Origin: a virus
UHGV virus genome: UHGV-1607510
Strand: one strand, 5' to 3'
Length of the DNA stretch: 19,146 nt
Shown here: positions 1 to 8,125 of the stretch, piece after piece
Position numbering within the stretch: position 1 is the stretch's first letter
How the letters are laid out: the number at the start of each line of letters is the position of its first letter
Translations under genes and position numbers: made by a program
Notes under the pieces: generated by a model
What the model was told of the DNA's origin: nothing
Databases searched by the model: none
Seen by the model: only the letters and a program-made list of their open reading frames with translations

Positions 1-83
1 CTTTGCACAGGTGGCGGCGACTTGCAGGCGCTTACGCCCAGCAGAAACATCAGCACGGAGACTTTCGATAGTCGCGTTAGCAT
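1..83 (-). CDS. Rz1: o-spanin Rz1 (partial), embedded in the +1 frame of Rz
   Basis: ATG at 83..81 preceded by AGGAG with a 7-nt spacer. Translation [27 protein letters not shown]... gives a signal peptide, a lipobox-like VSAC and a Pro-rich start, the o-spanin hallmark. Truncated by the window edge. Confidence 0.6.
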   Translation of the reverse strand, partial: MLTRLSKVSVLMFLLGVSACKSPPPVQ

Positions 84-282
84 CAGCAAGCTCCTTTGTA
101 TATCTGGCGTCGAGTTCTGCTACATCACGTTGACGCTTCTGCATGTCAGCGATGATGGATGTGGCTTTATCGCGCTGCTCTTTGTAGGCGATGGCGTTAT
201 CACGGTAATGATTAACAGCCCATGACAGGCAGACGATGATGCAGATAATCAGAGCGGAGATAATCGCGGTGACTCTGCTCAT
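1..282 (-). CDS. Rz: i-spanin Rz (partial; 3' end lies beyond the window start)
   Basis: Minus-strand ORF with ATG at 282..280 overlapping the R stop (ATGA). Translation [94 protein letters not shown]... has an N-terminal TM helix followed by a charged helical region, matching the lambda Rz family by recall. Position immediately after R is as in lambda. Confidence 0.85.
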   Translation of the reverse strand, partial: MSRVTAIISALIICIIVCLSWAVNHYRDNAIAYKEQRDKATSIIADMQKRQRDVAELDARYTKELADANATIESLRADVSAGRKRLQVAATCAK

Positions 283-755
283 ACCTCAATCTCTCTGACC
301 GTTCCGCCAGCCTCTTTGAATTTTGCAATCAGGCTGTCAGCCTTATGCTCGAACTGGCCATAACCAGCGCCCGGCAGTGAAGCCCAGATATTGCTGCAAC
401 GGTCGATTGCCTGACGGATATCACCGCGATCAATCATCGGTAAAGCGCCACGCTCCTTAATCTGCTGCAGTGCCACAGCGTCCTGGCTTTTGGGAGAGAA
501 GTCTTTCAGGCCAAGCTGCTTGCGGTAGGCATCCCACCAACGGGAAAGAAGCTGGTAACGTCCGGCTGCTGTTGATTTGAGTTTGGGGTTTAGCGTGACA
601 AGTTTGCGAGGGTGATCGGAGTAATCAGTGAATAGCTCTCCGCCAACAATGACGTCATAACCATGATTTCTGGTTTTATGCCGTCCGTTATCAGTTCCCT
701 CTGACCACGCCAGCATATCGAGGAACGCCTTACGTTGATTATTGATTTCCACCAT
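279..755 (-). CDS. R: Endolysin R (lytic transglycosylase), near-identical to lambda R by recall
   Basis: 158-aa [55 protein letters not shown]... Its start overlaps the S 3' end by 17 nt, as in lambda. Confidence 0.95.
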   Translation of the reverse strand: MVEINNQRKAFLDMLAWSEGTDNGRHKTRNHGYDVIVGGELFTDYSDHPRKLVTLNPKLKSTAAGRYQLLSRWWDAYRKQLGLKDFSPKSQDAVALQQIKERGALPMIDRGDIRQAIDRCSNIWASLPGAGYGQFEHKADSLIAKFKEAGGTVREIEV

Positions 756-1062
756 CTTCTACTCCGGCTTTTTTAGCAGCGAAGCGTTTGATAAGCGAAC
801 CAATCGAGTCAGTACCGATGTAGCCGATGAACACGCTCGTTATATAAGCGAGATTGCTACTTAGTCCGGCGAAGTCGAGAAGGTCACGAATGAACCAGGC
901 GATAATGGCGCACATCGTTGCGTCGATTACTGTTTTTGTAAACGCACCGCCATTATATCTGCCGCGAAGGTACGCCATTGCAAACGCAAGGATTGCCCCG
1001 ATGCCTTGTTCCTTTGCCGCGAGAATGGCGGCTAACAGGTCATGTTTTTCTGGCATCTTCAT
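739..1062 (-). CDS. S: Holin/antiholin S (S107/S105 dual-start)
   Basis: 107-aa [42 protein letters not shown]... with the Met1-Lys2-Met3 dual-start motif and TM segments. Matches lambda S by recall. Confidence 0.95.
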   Translation of the reverse strand: MKMPEKHDLLAAILAAKEQGIGAILAFAMAYLRGRYNGGAFTKTVIDATMCAIIAWFIRDLLDFAGLSSNLAYITSVFIGYIGTDSIGSLIKRFAAKKAGVEDGGNQ

Positions 1063-1349
1063 GTCTTACCCCCAATAAGGGGATTTGCTCTATTTAATTA
1101 GGAATAAGGTCGATTACTGATAGAACAAATCCAGGCTACTGTGTTTAGTAATCAGATTTGTTCGTGACCGATATGCACGGGCAAAACGGTATGAGGTTGT
1201 TAGCGCAACCTCCTGCCACCCGATTTCACGAAGCCAGCCATTGAGCTGGTTTTCTTTTATGCAAAGCACACCGCACCGTAGCCACAGCGGATAAGGTGAT
1301 TATTTTGGTCTGTCTGGTATTTGGTTTGATGTGCTTTCAGAAAGGCCGT

Positions 1350-1390
1350 GCTTAAAACGCAAAAAGCCCCGAGCTATTAACTCAGGGCTT
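1350..1390 (-). terminator. tR'-like intrinsic terminator closing a short pR' leader RNA
   Basis: On the minus strand: AAGCCCTGAG-TTAATAG-CTCGGGGCTT (10-bp stem with one G-U pair) followed by TTTTTGCGTTTT. It lies about 60 nt downstream of the predicted pR' start. Confidence 0.6.
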
Positions 1391-1424
1391 TATTTAACGA
1401 GTGCATTTATCCATCGTTGAGTCA

Positions 1425-1453
1425 AATTTACCCAACTTTATTCAAAAAGTCAA
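1425..1453 (-). promoter_or_regulatory. Late promoter pR' (-35 TTGACT, 17-bp spacer, -10 TAAATT) with adjacent Q-utilisation region
   Basis: Minus-strand sequence TTGACTTTTTGAATAAAGTTGGGTAAATTTGACTCAACGATGG closely matches the lambda pR'/qut region as recalled. It sits directly downstream of the Q stop. Confidence 0.65.
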
Positions 1454-1495
1454 TATCATGCCGTTAATATGTTGCCATCCGTGGCAATCATGCTG

Positions 1496-2119
1496 CTAAC
1501 GTGTGACCGCGCTCAAAATGTTGTCTGCGATTGACTCTTCCTTGTGGCATTGCACCACCAGAGCGTCATACAGCGGCTTAACAGTGCGTGACCAGGTGGG
1601 TTGGGTAAGGTTTGGGATTAGCATCGTTACAGCGCGATATGCGGAGCTTGCTGGCATTCTTGAATAGCCGACACCTTTGCATCTTCCGCACTCTTTCTCA
1701 ACAACGCTCCCCCACTGCTCTGTTTTTGCTATATCAACTGCCCGACCTGTTCCGTGGCAATCTCTGCATCTTGCGCCCGGCGTCGCGGCACTACGGCAAT
1801 AATCCGCATAAGCGAATGTTGCGAGCACTTGCAGTACCTTTGCCTTAGTATTTCCTTCAAGCTTTGCCACACCACGGTATTTCCCCGATACCTTGTGTGC
1901 AAATTGCATCAGATAGTTGATAGCCTTTTGTTTGTCGTTCTGGCTGAGTTCGTGCTTACCACAGAATGCAGCCATTCCGAATCCGGCTTGTGATTGCGCC
2001 ATCCCCATAGCAGCCATCACATCAGTACCGGAAAGAGAGTCAGAAGCCGTAGCCCGTGGTGAGTCGCTCATCATCGGGCTTTTTGGCGAATGAAATTTAG
2101 CTACGCTTTCGAGTCTCAT
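1496..2119 (-). CDS. Q: Late-gene antiterminator Q (lambda Q type)
   Basis: 207-aa [32 protein letters not shown]...[20 protein letters not shown]...[11 protein letters not shown] with a Zn-binding CxxC pair. Near-identical to lambda Q by recall. Confidence 0.95.
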   Translation of the reverse strand: MRLESVAKFHSPKSPMMSDSPRATASDSLSGTDVMAAMGMAQSQAGFGMAAFCGKHELSQNDKQKAINYLMQFAHKVSGKYRGVAKLEGNTKAKVLQVLATFAYADYCRSAATPGARCRDCHGTGRAVDIAKTEQWGSVVEKECGRCKGVGYSRMPASSAYRAVTMLIPNLTQPTWSRTVKPLYDALVVQCHKEESIADNILSAVTR

Positions 2120-2781
2120 GCGCCTTCTCCCTGTACCTGAATCAATGTGAGGTTTCCGCAGAACACTGCGCCGGTATCGATATACATCTGGTTGGCAAAC
2201 TTGAGTGGTTTCACTGCTGGCGTATGACCAAAGATGAACGTGTCCGCGCCTTTAATTTCTTTCACGATCCCGTCTTGTGAGTTGCTGATTCGTTCGCGGT
2301 TCCAGATTACCTGCTGATGATCAACTGGCTTTCCAAACTCGTATTCGTCACAAGGATAATCGGCGTGGCAGATGACATATTTTTTATCTTTGCTCACCAG
2401 TTCGATGATTAACGGAAGTTCTTCTGCTTTATAGGCAAGAGCTTTAGCCAGAATCTCTTTGTCGTAATCGAGATTAAAGAACCAGCCACCGCCATTAAGC
2501 AGCCAGTGATTAACGTTTCCACGCTCTGATAAGCCATCAATCATCATTTTCTCATGGTTTCCACGTACAGCTCTGAACCAGGGGAATGTGATTAATTCCA
2601 GGCATTCAACGTTCTCTGTACCGCGATCGACCAAATCGCCAACCGAGATAAGCAGGTCTTTTTTGGTGTCGAATCCTATCGCCTCCAGTTTTTTCATCAG
2701 GTTCGTGTAGCATCCGTGCAGATCGCCAACTACCCAAATATTTCGGTATTTGCTGCCATCAATTTTTTCGTAATAGCGCAT
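2116..2781 (-). CDS. ninI: Ser/Thr protein phosphatase NinI (lambda PPase)
   Basis: ORF contains [25 protein letters not shown]...GDLVDRG...GNHE (calcineurin-like metallophosphatase motifs GDxHG, GDxxDRG, GNHE). The track ORF begins 25 codons upstream, but the lambda-type start MRYYEK at 2781 is preferred. Stop overlaps the Q start (ATGA). Confidence 0.9.
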   Translation of the reverse strand: MRYYEKIDGSKYRNIWVVGDLHGCYTNLMKKLEAIGFDTKKDLLISVGDLVDRGTENVECLELITFPWFRAVRGNHEKMMIDGLSERGNVNHWLLNGGGWFFNLDYDKEILAKALAYKAEELPLIIELVSKDKKYVICHADYPCDEYEFGKPVDHQQVIWNRERISNSQDGIVKEIKGADTFIFGHTPAVKPLKFANQMYIDTGAVFCGNLTLIQVQGEGA

Positions 2782-2965
2782 CTCTTTCACTCCATCCGCG
2801 ATGAACCATGAGAACGTCGTTGACGATGGCGTGCATTTTCCCGTCTTTATCATCAACGTATTTTCTGACCGTACCGCGACTACATTTCAGTCTGCGTGCT
2901 ACTTCTGTCTGGTTTCCGTATGCTTCAACGAGCATGTCTGGAATGGTTTTTACTGAGAACGTCAT
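2759..2965 (-). CDS. ninH: NinH (small Fis-like DNA-binding protein)
   Basis: 68-aa [40 protein letters not shown]... with an HTH, matching lambda NinH by recall. Overlaps ninI as in lambda. Confidence 0.85.
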   Translation of the reverse strand: MTFSVKTIPDMLVEAYGNQTEVARRLKCSRGTVRKYVDDKDGKMHAIVNDVLMVHRGWSERDALLRKN

Positions 2966-3573
2966 GCGGCCTCACTTCTGCTATTTCGCAGGTCTTTGAG
3001 TTTCTGCTGATACTCCGCCTTGATGGCCCTGCACTCTTCGATAGTCCAGCGATGGCGGTTATGGTTTGATTCGATTTCGTCTACTGCTTCCTGCCCGATG
3101 CGGTTAATCAGTTCGACGCGATACGGAACGAGATTTCCGCTTTTGTGCTGGTTGCACACCACGCATTGCTTGTGAATATTGCGTTCATCAAATCGGAGTT
3201 GAGGTGCCGCAGCAGTTGTCCGGTAATGCCCGGCATCCCACTGAGCAGACGTGAGCGTTCCGCACGAGATACATGGTAAGTCGCGGTCTCTTTCTCTGAT
3301 GAAGGCGTTTACGGCTTGTTGGGCTTGTTTAATCCAGTAACTGCGGGGCTTTAAGGCGAGTTTTCGAATCTTCAGTTTATCTTTCTGTTTCTGTTCCTCT
3401 CGTCGTCGTTTCTTCTCTGCTGCTTTTTCCGCTTTTTTGCGTTCTTTGCTTCGTCGTTCGAGTGCTATCTTGGTTCCACACTCTGGAGAGCACCACCACT
3501 GATTAGCGAATGCAGGGTGAAACCATTCCCGGCATTCATCGTTTTTACATCGTCTTCGCGCTGGTTTAGCCAT
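2962..3573 (-). CDS. ninG: NinG / Rap recombination-promoting structure-specific endonuclease
   Basis: 203-aa [44 protein letters not shown]... with a Cys-rich N-terminus and basic linker. Matches lambda NinG by recall. Confidence 0.9.
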   Translation of the reverse strand: MAKPARRRCKNDECREWFHPAFANQWWCSPECGTKIALERRSKERKKAEKAAEKKRRREEQKQKDKLKIRKLALKPRSYWIKQAQQAVNAFIRERDRDLPCISCGTLTSAQWDAGHYRTTAAAPQLRFDERNIHKQCVVCNQHKSGNLVPYRVELINRIGQEAVDEIESNHNRHRWTIEECRAIKAEYQQKLKDLRNSRSEAA

Positions 3574-3742
3574 CGTCTTCTTCCTCGTACATTGAGCTAT
3601 TCGGATCGCTCATCAGTTCTGCGCAGCAGTGCTCACACACATGAACTTCCAGCACATGCAGCTTCTGACCGCAGTTAGCGCACGTTAAAGCCCGCTCGAC
3701 GCTTTCTTTCTGGTATTGAATGGATTGGGATGGGCTAAGCAT
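3566..3742 (-). CDS. ninF: NinF (58 aa, Cys-rich)
   Basis: Not in the supplied track because it is under 60 aa. Hand translation from ATG 3742..3740: [58 protein letters not shown]. Its stop overlaps the ninG start and its start overlaps the upstream gene's stop. Confidence 0.75.
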   Translation of the reverse strand: MLSPSQSIQYQKESVERALTCANCGQKLHVLEVHVCEHCCAELMSDPNSSMYEEEDDG

Positions 3743-4088
3743 TATTGGCGTCCTGCATCATGAGAAAGACAATCATGGCAGCGCGGAGTGGGTTTTCATC
3801 TTGAGTCATATGATATGGGGTACTATCACCGCCAACTTTTCTATGCGCTGCCTTCCATAATCCATTTTCTGGCGCTGGAATAATGCCAATTCTGTTCTCT
3901 ACGATAATCGGCTCTGCATCTTCAGGATTATTGCAGTAGTCGTACCATCGATAATTACCATTTGATTCATTGCCGACAGACCGTCCATCTGCGTTGTGCG
4001 GATAACCTAATGGTTTTGCCCCTACTATCGCTTTAAATACTCGCTTGTTAATTTCAAAATCACTTAACTGTGAATAATCCATTGTCAT
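3735..4088 (-). CDS. Hypothetical nin-region protein (117 aa), no lambda counterpart
   Basis: [66 protein letters not shown]... Start chosen at ATG 4088 because it forms an ATGA overlap with the ninE stop. The track ORF extends 12 codons further upstream into ninE. Confidence 0.6.
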   Translation of the reverse strand: MTMDYSQLSDFEINKRVFKAIVGAKPLGYPHNADGRSVGNESNGNYRWYDYCNNPEDAEPIIVENRIGIIPAPENGLWKAAHRKVGGDSTPYHMTQDENPLRAAMIVFLMMQDANNA

Positions 4089-4261
4089 TTCCTCGCACGA
4101 TTTCTTAGCCACCGGATATCCCACAGGTGAGCCGTGTAGTTGAAGGTTTTTACGTCAGATTCTTTTGGGATTGGCTTGGGTTTATTTCTGGAGCGTTTCG
4201 TTGGAAGGTATTTGCAGTTTTCGCAGATTATGTCGGTGATACTTCGTTGCTGTCGCCTCAT
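4085..4261 (-). CDS. ninE: NinE
   Basis: 58-aa product [58 protein letters not shown] from ATG 4261, with an ATGA overlap to the ninB stop. Matches lambda NinE by recall. Confidence 0.7.
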   Translation of the reverse strand: MRRQQRSITDIICENCKYLPTKRSRNKPKPIPKESDVKTFNYTAHLWDIRWLRNRARK

Positions 4262-4668
4262 TCGTACCTCCTGTCGGTAAATCTGACACCCTGACCAATA
4301 GCCCATGCTGTCGTGTACTCAATCAGACTTGCCATACGCTTCACGCTCATCTGCGCGCTGCTTTCGCGAATGTTGACGTATTCGCCTTCAAGCCCGGGCA
4401 AAACATCAGCTTCCTGTTTTGTTGCCACTGCATGACCGCTGATCAACAAAACCTTCCATTGTTCCGGTTTTAACCATTTTCCGCACCATTGAACCTGACG
4501 AGCGATATCCGCCAGCATCGCGTGAAATTTTGCGTTCTGGTCAAGATTTCGCTTGTAGTCAGTAATGCGGATCGTGACTGGCTTGTCTTTATCGAGAGGA
4601 GTTGAGAGGATGGAATTTATTGCGGCTTGCTGTTGTTGCTTACTTCGGAGGAAGATTGTTTGCTTCAT
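4258..4668 (-). CDS. ninB: NinB family recombination mediator (Orf-like)
   Basis: 136-aa product [66 protein letters not shown]... from ATG 4668, with GGAG 4 nt upstream. Shows the NinB-family pattern (RSLDQN...W..G.WL..E.WK) as in lambda NinB. Confidence 0.8.
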   Translation of the reverse strand: MKQTIFLRSKQQQQAAINSILSTPLDKDKPVTIRITDYKRNLDQNAKFHAMLADIARQVQWCGKWLKPEQWKVLLISGHAVATKQEADVLPGLEGEYVNIRESSAQMSVKRMASLIEYTTAWAIGQGVRFTDRRYE

Positions 4669-4670
4669 CG

Positions 4671-4982
4671 TTACTCCTTCACTTTGACTCCAGCAGCGCG
4701 AATCCGTCCTTCGCATTCACTAATTGCGTCGTTATAACCAAATGTGACCCCATCCTCGAAATCGGTAGAAAATGCCTCACGCTCTCTTTTTCCAGGAAAC
4801 TCAATCTCGATAGCTGCTCGCGATGCCTGCCATAAAGCCCACCACTCATTTAAGGAGTGGCGAATATCCATGCTTGAAAATGCGAAGTACCTATCACCAT
4901 TTCTTGCCTCGGTTATCATCTCGAATGGTAATCTCAATTTTTTGGCAACGTATTCCTCAAACTTCTTTCTTGATTCGTCCAT
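4671..4982 (-). CDS. Hypothetical protein (103 aa)
   Basis: ORF MDESRKKFEEYVAKKLRLPFEMITEARNGDRYFAFSSMDIRHSLNEWWALWQ... Start placed at ATG 4982, which overlaps the upstream ORF's TGA (TGATATG); the track start at 5006 is the alternative. Confidence 0.5.
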   Translation of the reverse strand: MDESRKKFEEYVAKKLRLPFEMITEARNGDRYFAFSSMDIRHSLNEWWALWQASRAAIEIEFPGKREREAFSTDFEDGVTFGYNDAISECEGRIRAAGVKVKE

Positions 4983-4983
4983 A

Positions 4984-5199
4984 TCAATCCCCGTTAGTCG
5001 TTTCACTCACGAATCTGACAAAACCAGCCATGTTAATTTGCATGAGTTTTTTCAACACTTTGTCTCGTCGGCTACGTTTTGGTTTTGGCCTGTGGTTGAA
5101 TCTTTCACAAACTGGAAGGCTTGATGATTTCCAGTACCTATTACGCCTTGCTCCATCTTCCGCCATATCGGCATGAATAAGGTCTGCGAGTGTGCTCAT
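4984..5199 (-). CDS. Hypothetical small basic protein (71 aa)
   Basis: ATG 5199..5197 preceded by GGAGAGGTG with a 3-nt spacer. Product MSTLADLIHADMAEDGARRNRYWKSSSLPVCERFNHRPKPKRSRRDKVLKK... Confidence 0.45.
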   Translation of the reverse strand: MSTLADLIHADMAEDGARRNRYWKSSSLPVCERFNHRPKPKRSRRDKVLKKLMQINMAGFVRFVSETTNGD

Positions 5200-5213
5200 A
5201 TTCACCTCTCCAG

Positions 5214-5396
5214 TTACATTGGTTTTGTAATGTTGCTAGTCATCTTGCGAATAAAAAGATGCGTACGTAGCTTTGCTTCCCACATGTAAATCTCCTCAAG
5301 GCGAGATAAATCTACGAATACCGGACCTTTGTAATCTGGTCTTGATGCCCTTATGTATGAGCTAATAGTTTGTGCATCTTGCTCGTCAAGATTCAT
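5214..5396 (-). CDS. Hypothetical small protein (60 aa)
   Basis: ATG 5396..5394 preceded by GGAGAGGG with a 5-nt spacer. Product MNLDEQDAQTISSYIRASRPDYKGPVFVDLSRLEEIYMWEAKLRTHLFIRKMTSNITKPM. First gene after the tR2-like terminator. Confidence 0.4.
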   Translation of the reverse strand: MNLDEQDAQTISSYIRASRPDYKGPVFVDLSRLEEIYMWEAKLRTHLFIRKMTSNITKPM

Positions 5397-5411
5397 GAAT
5401 TCCCTCTCCCC

Positions 5412-5443
5412 CAAATAAAAAGACCTGCGATTACCAGCAGGCC
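5412..5443 (-). terminator. tR2-like intrinsic terminator between the replication genes and the nin region
   Basis: Minus-strand GGCCTGC-TGGTAATC-GCAGGTC followed by TTTTTATTTGG, 25 nt downstream of the helicase stop. Same position as lambda tR2 (the region removed by nin deletions). Confidence 0.5.
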
Positions 5444-5469
5444 TGTTATTAGCTCAGTAATGTAGATGG

Positions 5470-6846
5470 TCATACGTCAGCCCCTTGTGCATATCGTCTG
5501 CCACGCGCAGCAGGTGCATTTGATGCTGTGCAAATCTGTCTGGCTTCATCCTGGTCACATGCAACAAAGTGTCCGTTACAGAACCGCTGGTAAACCGTAC
5601 CAAGCGAGCCAAAACGGTTTTTCGTCACAATGATTTCAGCAAATGGCGCGGCGCTACTGTTCTCGTCATATACCGCTTCCCGATAGAGCATGATGATTGA
5701 GTCTGCGTCCTGTTCAATGCTTCCTGAATCACGCAAATCTGCGTTTGTCGGGCGTTTGTTTGGTCGCTTCTCAACATCGCGCGAAAGCTGACTCAGGGAG
5801 ATAACGGGCGTTTTCAGGTCTTTCGCCATCGCCTTCAGGCTTCCGGAGATGTGAGCAATTGCGAGGTCGTTGCGGTCTGCTTTCGGCTTCTCAATCAGAC
5901 CAAGATAATCCACCATGATGAGTGACAGGTTTGGATTTTCCTGTTTGTGCCGTTCTGCGATTGAGCGTATTTCTTCGACCGATAACCGCGAGGCATCGAC
6001 TACCCATACATCCAAATCTGCAAGCTGACTCATGCCGTTAGCAACGCGCGCCCAGCCTTCGTCATCCATCGATGCAGGATTTCGCAGCACGCTAACCGAC
6101 ATCCTCCCGGCGTTGGCAATGCTTCGCTCTGCAATCTGCAATGCGCTCATTTCCATCGAGAAAATCAACACTCCGCGCCGGACGTCAGAACCAGGAATAA
6201 CGCGGCTTGCAACGCCTTCGGCAATCTTCAGCGCCAGCTCGGTTTTCCCCATACCAGGACGAGCAGCGATTATCACCAGGTCTTCTGCGTTCATCCCTCC
6301 GGTGATGGCGTCAAGTTCTTCGATTCCGGTCTTCATGGTATCTGACTCTTCTCCGTTCCTCAGACGCCTGTCAAGCGTGTCAGTGTAGTCAGTGATGATT
6401 TCCCCTAACCGTACAGGTTTAACCTCGTCACGGGGCTTTCTGATGGCTGAGAGACGCTTTACAAGCTCGTCCATCGCCTGACTCGATGTATCGATGGTTC
6501 CGCTCTGAATTGGTTCACGCATTTCATCCATGATTTCCAGCACCAGACGGCGGTGATAGTTATCCGCGACCATTCCGGCGTATCCCTTCAGGTTTGCGGC
6601 ACTCGGGCAGTTCTTACTGGTCATCAGGATTGACGTGAAATGCTCCTCTCCGCACGCCTCGGCAACCATCAGCGCGTCGATTAGGTTTCTGTTTCTCGCC
6701 TGCTTGCGGATAACCTCGAAGGCTTTCCGGTAGAGCGGAATTGAAAACGCTTCCGGCTCCAGCGTTGCCAGAACGTCGCTGGCGGTTGGTGTTAATCCAC
6801 CAATCAGCAGGCCACCGATAACGCTCGCTTCGATATCCTGTCTCAT
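5470..6846 (-). CDS. Replicative DNA helicase, DnaB family (P22 gene 12-like)
   Basis: 458-aa ORF with Walker A ARPGMGKT, Walker B-like LIMVDYLGL and a DnaB-like N-terminal domain. ATGA overlap with the O-like gene stop. Confidence 0.9.
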   Translation of the reverse strand: MRQDIEASVIGGLLIGGLTPTASDVLATLEPEAFSIPLYRKAFEVIRKQARNRNLIDALMVAEACGEEHFTSILMTSKNCPSAANLKGYAGMVADNYHRRLVLEIMDEMREPIQSGTIDTSSQAMDELVKRLSAIRKPRDEVKPVRLGEIITDYTDTLDRRLRNGEESDTMKTGIEELDAITGGMNAEDLVIIAARPGMGKTELALKIAEGVASRVIPGSDVRRGVLIFSMEMSALQIAERSIANAGRMSVSVLRNPASMDDEGWARVANGMSQLADLDVWVVDASRLSVEEIRSIAERHKQENPNLSLIMVDYLGLIEKPKADRNDLAIAHISGSLKAMAKDLKTPVISLSQLSRDVEKRPNKRPTNADLRDSGSIEQDADSIIMLYREAVYDENSSAAPFAEIIVTKNRFGSLGTVYQRFCNGHFVACDQDEARQICTASNAPAARGRRYAQGADV

Positions 6847-7664
6847 GCAATCCCCCTGTCTGCAAACTTCCCTTCCCGAACTCCCGTTAACGAATCTTCT
6901 CTCAGCAGGTAATCAAAATCGGCCGTCCAGCCCGTGTCGTTGTCTCCGAAGTAAAACGGCTTGGCCTGATGCACAAACGCCCTGACATACGCTCTGAAAC
7001 CGTCCACGTTTGGCGTTTTCAGTTGCGGGATGATTTTCTTCAGGCGGCGTTTGCGTTTCTCGTTGACCGCAACAGCATGTGGAAGTCTGTCACCGACTTC
7101 GGTGTTGTAGGCGTTCAGGAAGGATTCGTAGTCGATTCGTTCTGCCTTGCGACGTTCAGGTTTAACCTGCCCATCGCCGCCCCCGTTAGGGGGTAAGGGG
7201 GTATTTGTATTTATTGTCTTTTGTATATTGTCTTTTGTGTTTAGCTGACTTGGCTTATACCCATTAGCCGACTCGGCTAATGTTTTATTAGCTGTTTTAG
7301 CTAATGTTAAGCTGTCCTGGCTAATCCACTGAGAAACCACCTTGTTCACTCCGATTTTCACGCCATCAGCAATGAGGAATTTACGCTCGATAAGCTGGCG
7401 CTTGGCAGCGCAAACATGAGTGTGATGAATACCTGTCATGGCTGCTATCTGCGTGTTTGTGAGTCGATCCATCGGCTTATTGAATCCGTATGTCTTGCGC
7501 ATGATAGCGAGCATCACCTTCAGCTGCCGGACGGTTAAATCAGCCATCAGCAGACTGTCGGTAATCTCGTTAGCAACGCGCATGAAACCATCTTCGGTAT
7601 CTGCCACGCGATGCTCCACGACCTCCAGTTGAGGCCTGTAATCAGCTAACTTAACGACGCCCAT
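6843..7664 (-). CDS. Replication initiator, lambda O-like
   Basis: 273-aa ORF whose N-terminal domain ([32 protein letters not shown]) resembles the lambda O N-terminus (LTKRQFKVLLAILRKTYGWNKPMDRITDSQL). Iterons and an AT-rich tract are embedded mid-gene. Confidence 0.85.
   Translation of the reverse strand: MGVVKLADYRPQLEVVEHRVADTEDGFMRVANEITDSLLMADLTVRQLKVMLAIMRKTYGFNKPMDRLTNTQIAAMTGIHHTHVCAAKRQLIERKFLIADGVKIGVNKVVSQWISQDSLTLAKTANKTLAESANGYKPSQLNTKDNIQKTINTNTPLPPNGGGDGQVKPERRKAERIDYESFLNAYNTEVGDRLPHAVAVNEKRKRRLKKIIPQLKTPNVDGFRAYVRAFVHQAKPFYFGDNDTGWTADFDYLLREDSLTGVREGKFADRGIA
7199..7240. other. AT-rich DNA-unwinding element of the replication origin
   Basis: gggtatttgtatttattgtcttttgtatattgtcttttgtgt lies immediately downstream (in gene direction) of the iterons, the same order as in ori-lambda. 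Confidence 0.5.
7241..7324. repeat. Origin iterons: four about 17-bp palindromic repeats TTAGC-N7-GCTAA inside the O-like gene
   Basis: Repeats at 7241-7257 (ttagctgacttggctta), 7264-7280 (ttagccgactcggctaa, perfect palindrome), 7288-7304 (ttagctgttttagctaa) and 7308-7324 (taagctgtcctggctaa), spaced about 20-24 bp apart. Confidence 0.7.
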
Positions 7665-7812
7665 GTTTCACTCCTGCTTTGGCTAGTCTGTAAACACCAA
7701 CAAGGCGCTCTGCGAACGCCCTGTTATTTGCTGCGGCTACCACTAATCCCTCAGGTGAATCAGGGTGTCGAATCTCTTCTTTTTCCTGGTATTTCTTACG
7801 ACGTTTTGTCAT
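7651..7812 (-). CDS. Hypothetical small basic protein (53 aa) between cII and the O-like gene
   Basis: ATG 7812..7810 preceded by AGGAG with a 5-nt spacer. Product [53 protein letters not shown]. Its 3' end overlaps the O-like start by 14 nt. Confidence 0.4.
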   Translation of the reverse strand: MTKRRKKYQEKEEIRHPDSPEGLVVAAANNRAFAERLVGVYRLAKAGVKHGRR

Positions 7813-7890
7813 AATTACTCCTGTGGATTGATCCAGTCTTTCTACATCAGGCCTCAAAACTGTTGCAGCAGTCTTGAGGCTTTTCTTTTG
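7810..7890 (+). ncRNA. oop-like antisense RNA overlapping the cII 3' end (promoter tentative)
   Basis: Plus-strand intrinsic terminator GCCTCAA-(16-nt loop with internal CTG/CAG pairing)-TTGAGGC followed by TTTTCTTTTG at 7851-7889, antisense to the last codons of cII. A candidate -10 CATAAT at 7810-7815 would give a 65-75 nt transcript, comparable to the 77-nt lambda OOP RNA. Confidence 0.5.
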
Positions 7891-8125
7891 TCAGCACCAT
7901 GGCTACTTTCTTTGCCAGCTCCGCTAATTCCTCGTCTTCAACACCCCACTCCAGCACAGCCAGAAGCATGGCCATCTTTGGGATAAAACTGTCTTTCCAT
8001 CGCGAAATTTGCGATTCATTAATCCCTAACGCGTCGGCAACCTTTCGCTGACCACGTACAGCAATTCGATTTAGGATGTTGCTTGTAATTGCATTCGCTT
8101 TCTTGCGAGTACTTGTAAGTTGCAT
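7847..8125 (-). CDS. cII: CII-like transcriptional activator
   Basis: 92-aa product MQLTSTRKKANAITSNILNRIAVRGQRKVADALGINESQISRWKDSFIPKMAMLLAVLEWGVEDEELAELAKKVA... from ATG 8125 (AAGGAAAT RBS upstream). The central region matches lambda CII (KSQISRWKRDWIPKFSMLLAVLEWGV). The track ORF is longer and runs through nutR. Confidence 0.8.
   Translation of the reverse strand: MQLTSTRKKANAITSNILNRIAVRGQRKVADALGINESQISRWKDSFIPKMAMLLAVLEWGVEDEELAELAKKVAMVLTKEKPQDCCNSFEA

Noticed and set aside
22-225. Plus-strand ORF 22-225 (67 aa)
   Set aside because: It lies entirely inside Rz/Rz1 on the opposite strand; those genes are supported by lambda-type sequence, a TM segment and lipobox.
854-1078. Plus-strand ORF 854-1078 antisense to S
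   Set aside because: It overlaps the holin gene, which is recognised with high confidence; no RBS.
1190-1235. Hairpin upstream of S (GGAGGTT...AACCTCA plus TTTTGCC on the minus strand) as a terminator
   Set aside because: The stem is imperfect here and it lies within the late leader that Q-modified RNA polymerase must read through. It is more likely conserved leader structure than a functional terminator.
1647-1660. TTGC-N6-TTCT on the strand antisense to Q as a paQ-like CII-dependent promoter
   Set aside because: Only one half-site matches and I could not place a convincing -10; too weak to call.
1612-1993. Plus-strand ORFs 1612-1848 and 1754-1993 antisense to Q
   Set aside because: Q on the minus strand is near-identical to lambda Q; the antisense ORFs have no start signals.
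2116-2856. Long form of ninI starting at 2856 (246 aa)
   Set aside because: The lambda-type start MRYYEK at 2781 gives the 221-aa phosphatase. The extra 25 codons would overlap ninH extensively.
4744-5176. Plus-strand ORFs 4744-5124 and 4823-5176
   Set aside because: They are antisense to three coupled minus-strand ORFs with RBSs, in a region transcribed from PR on the minus strand.
7241-7324. Possibility that the four spaced repeats are a CRISPR-like array or a transposon end
   Set aside because: The repeats are individually palindromic, only about 17 bp long, inside an initiator gene and followed by an AT-rich tract. That is the iteron/ori architecture, not CRISPR (no spacers or leader) or IS terminal repeats.
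6032-7632. Plus-strand ORFs 6032-6388, 6969-7196 and 7438-7632, and minus-strand alternate-frame ORF 6614-6865
   Set aside because: They lie inside the DnaB-like helicase and O-like genes, which have clear conserved motifs; these are shadow ORFs.
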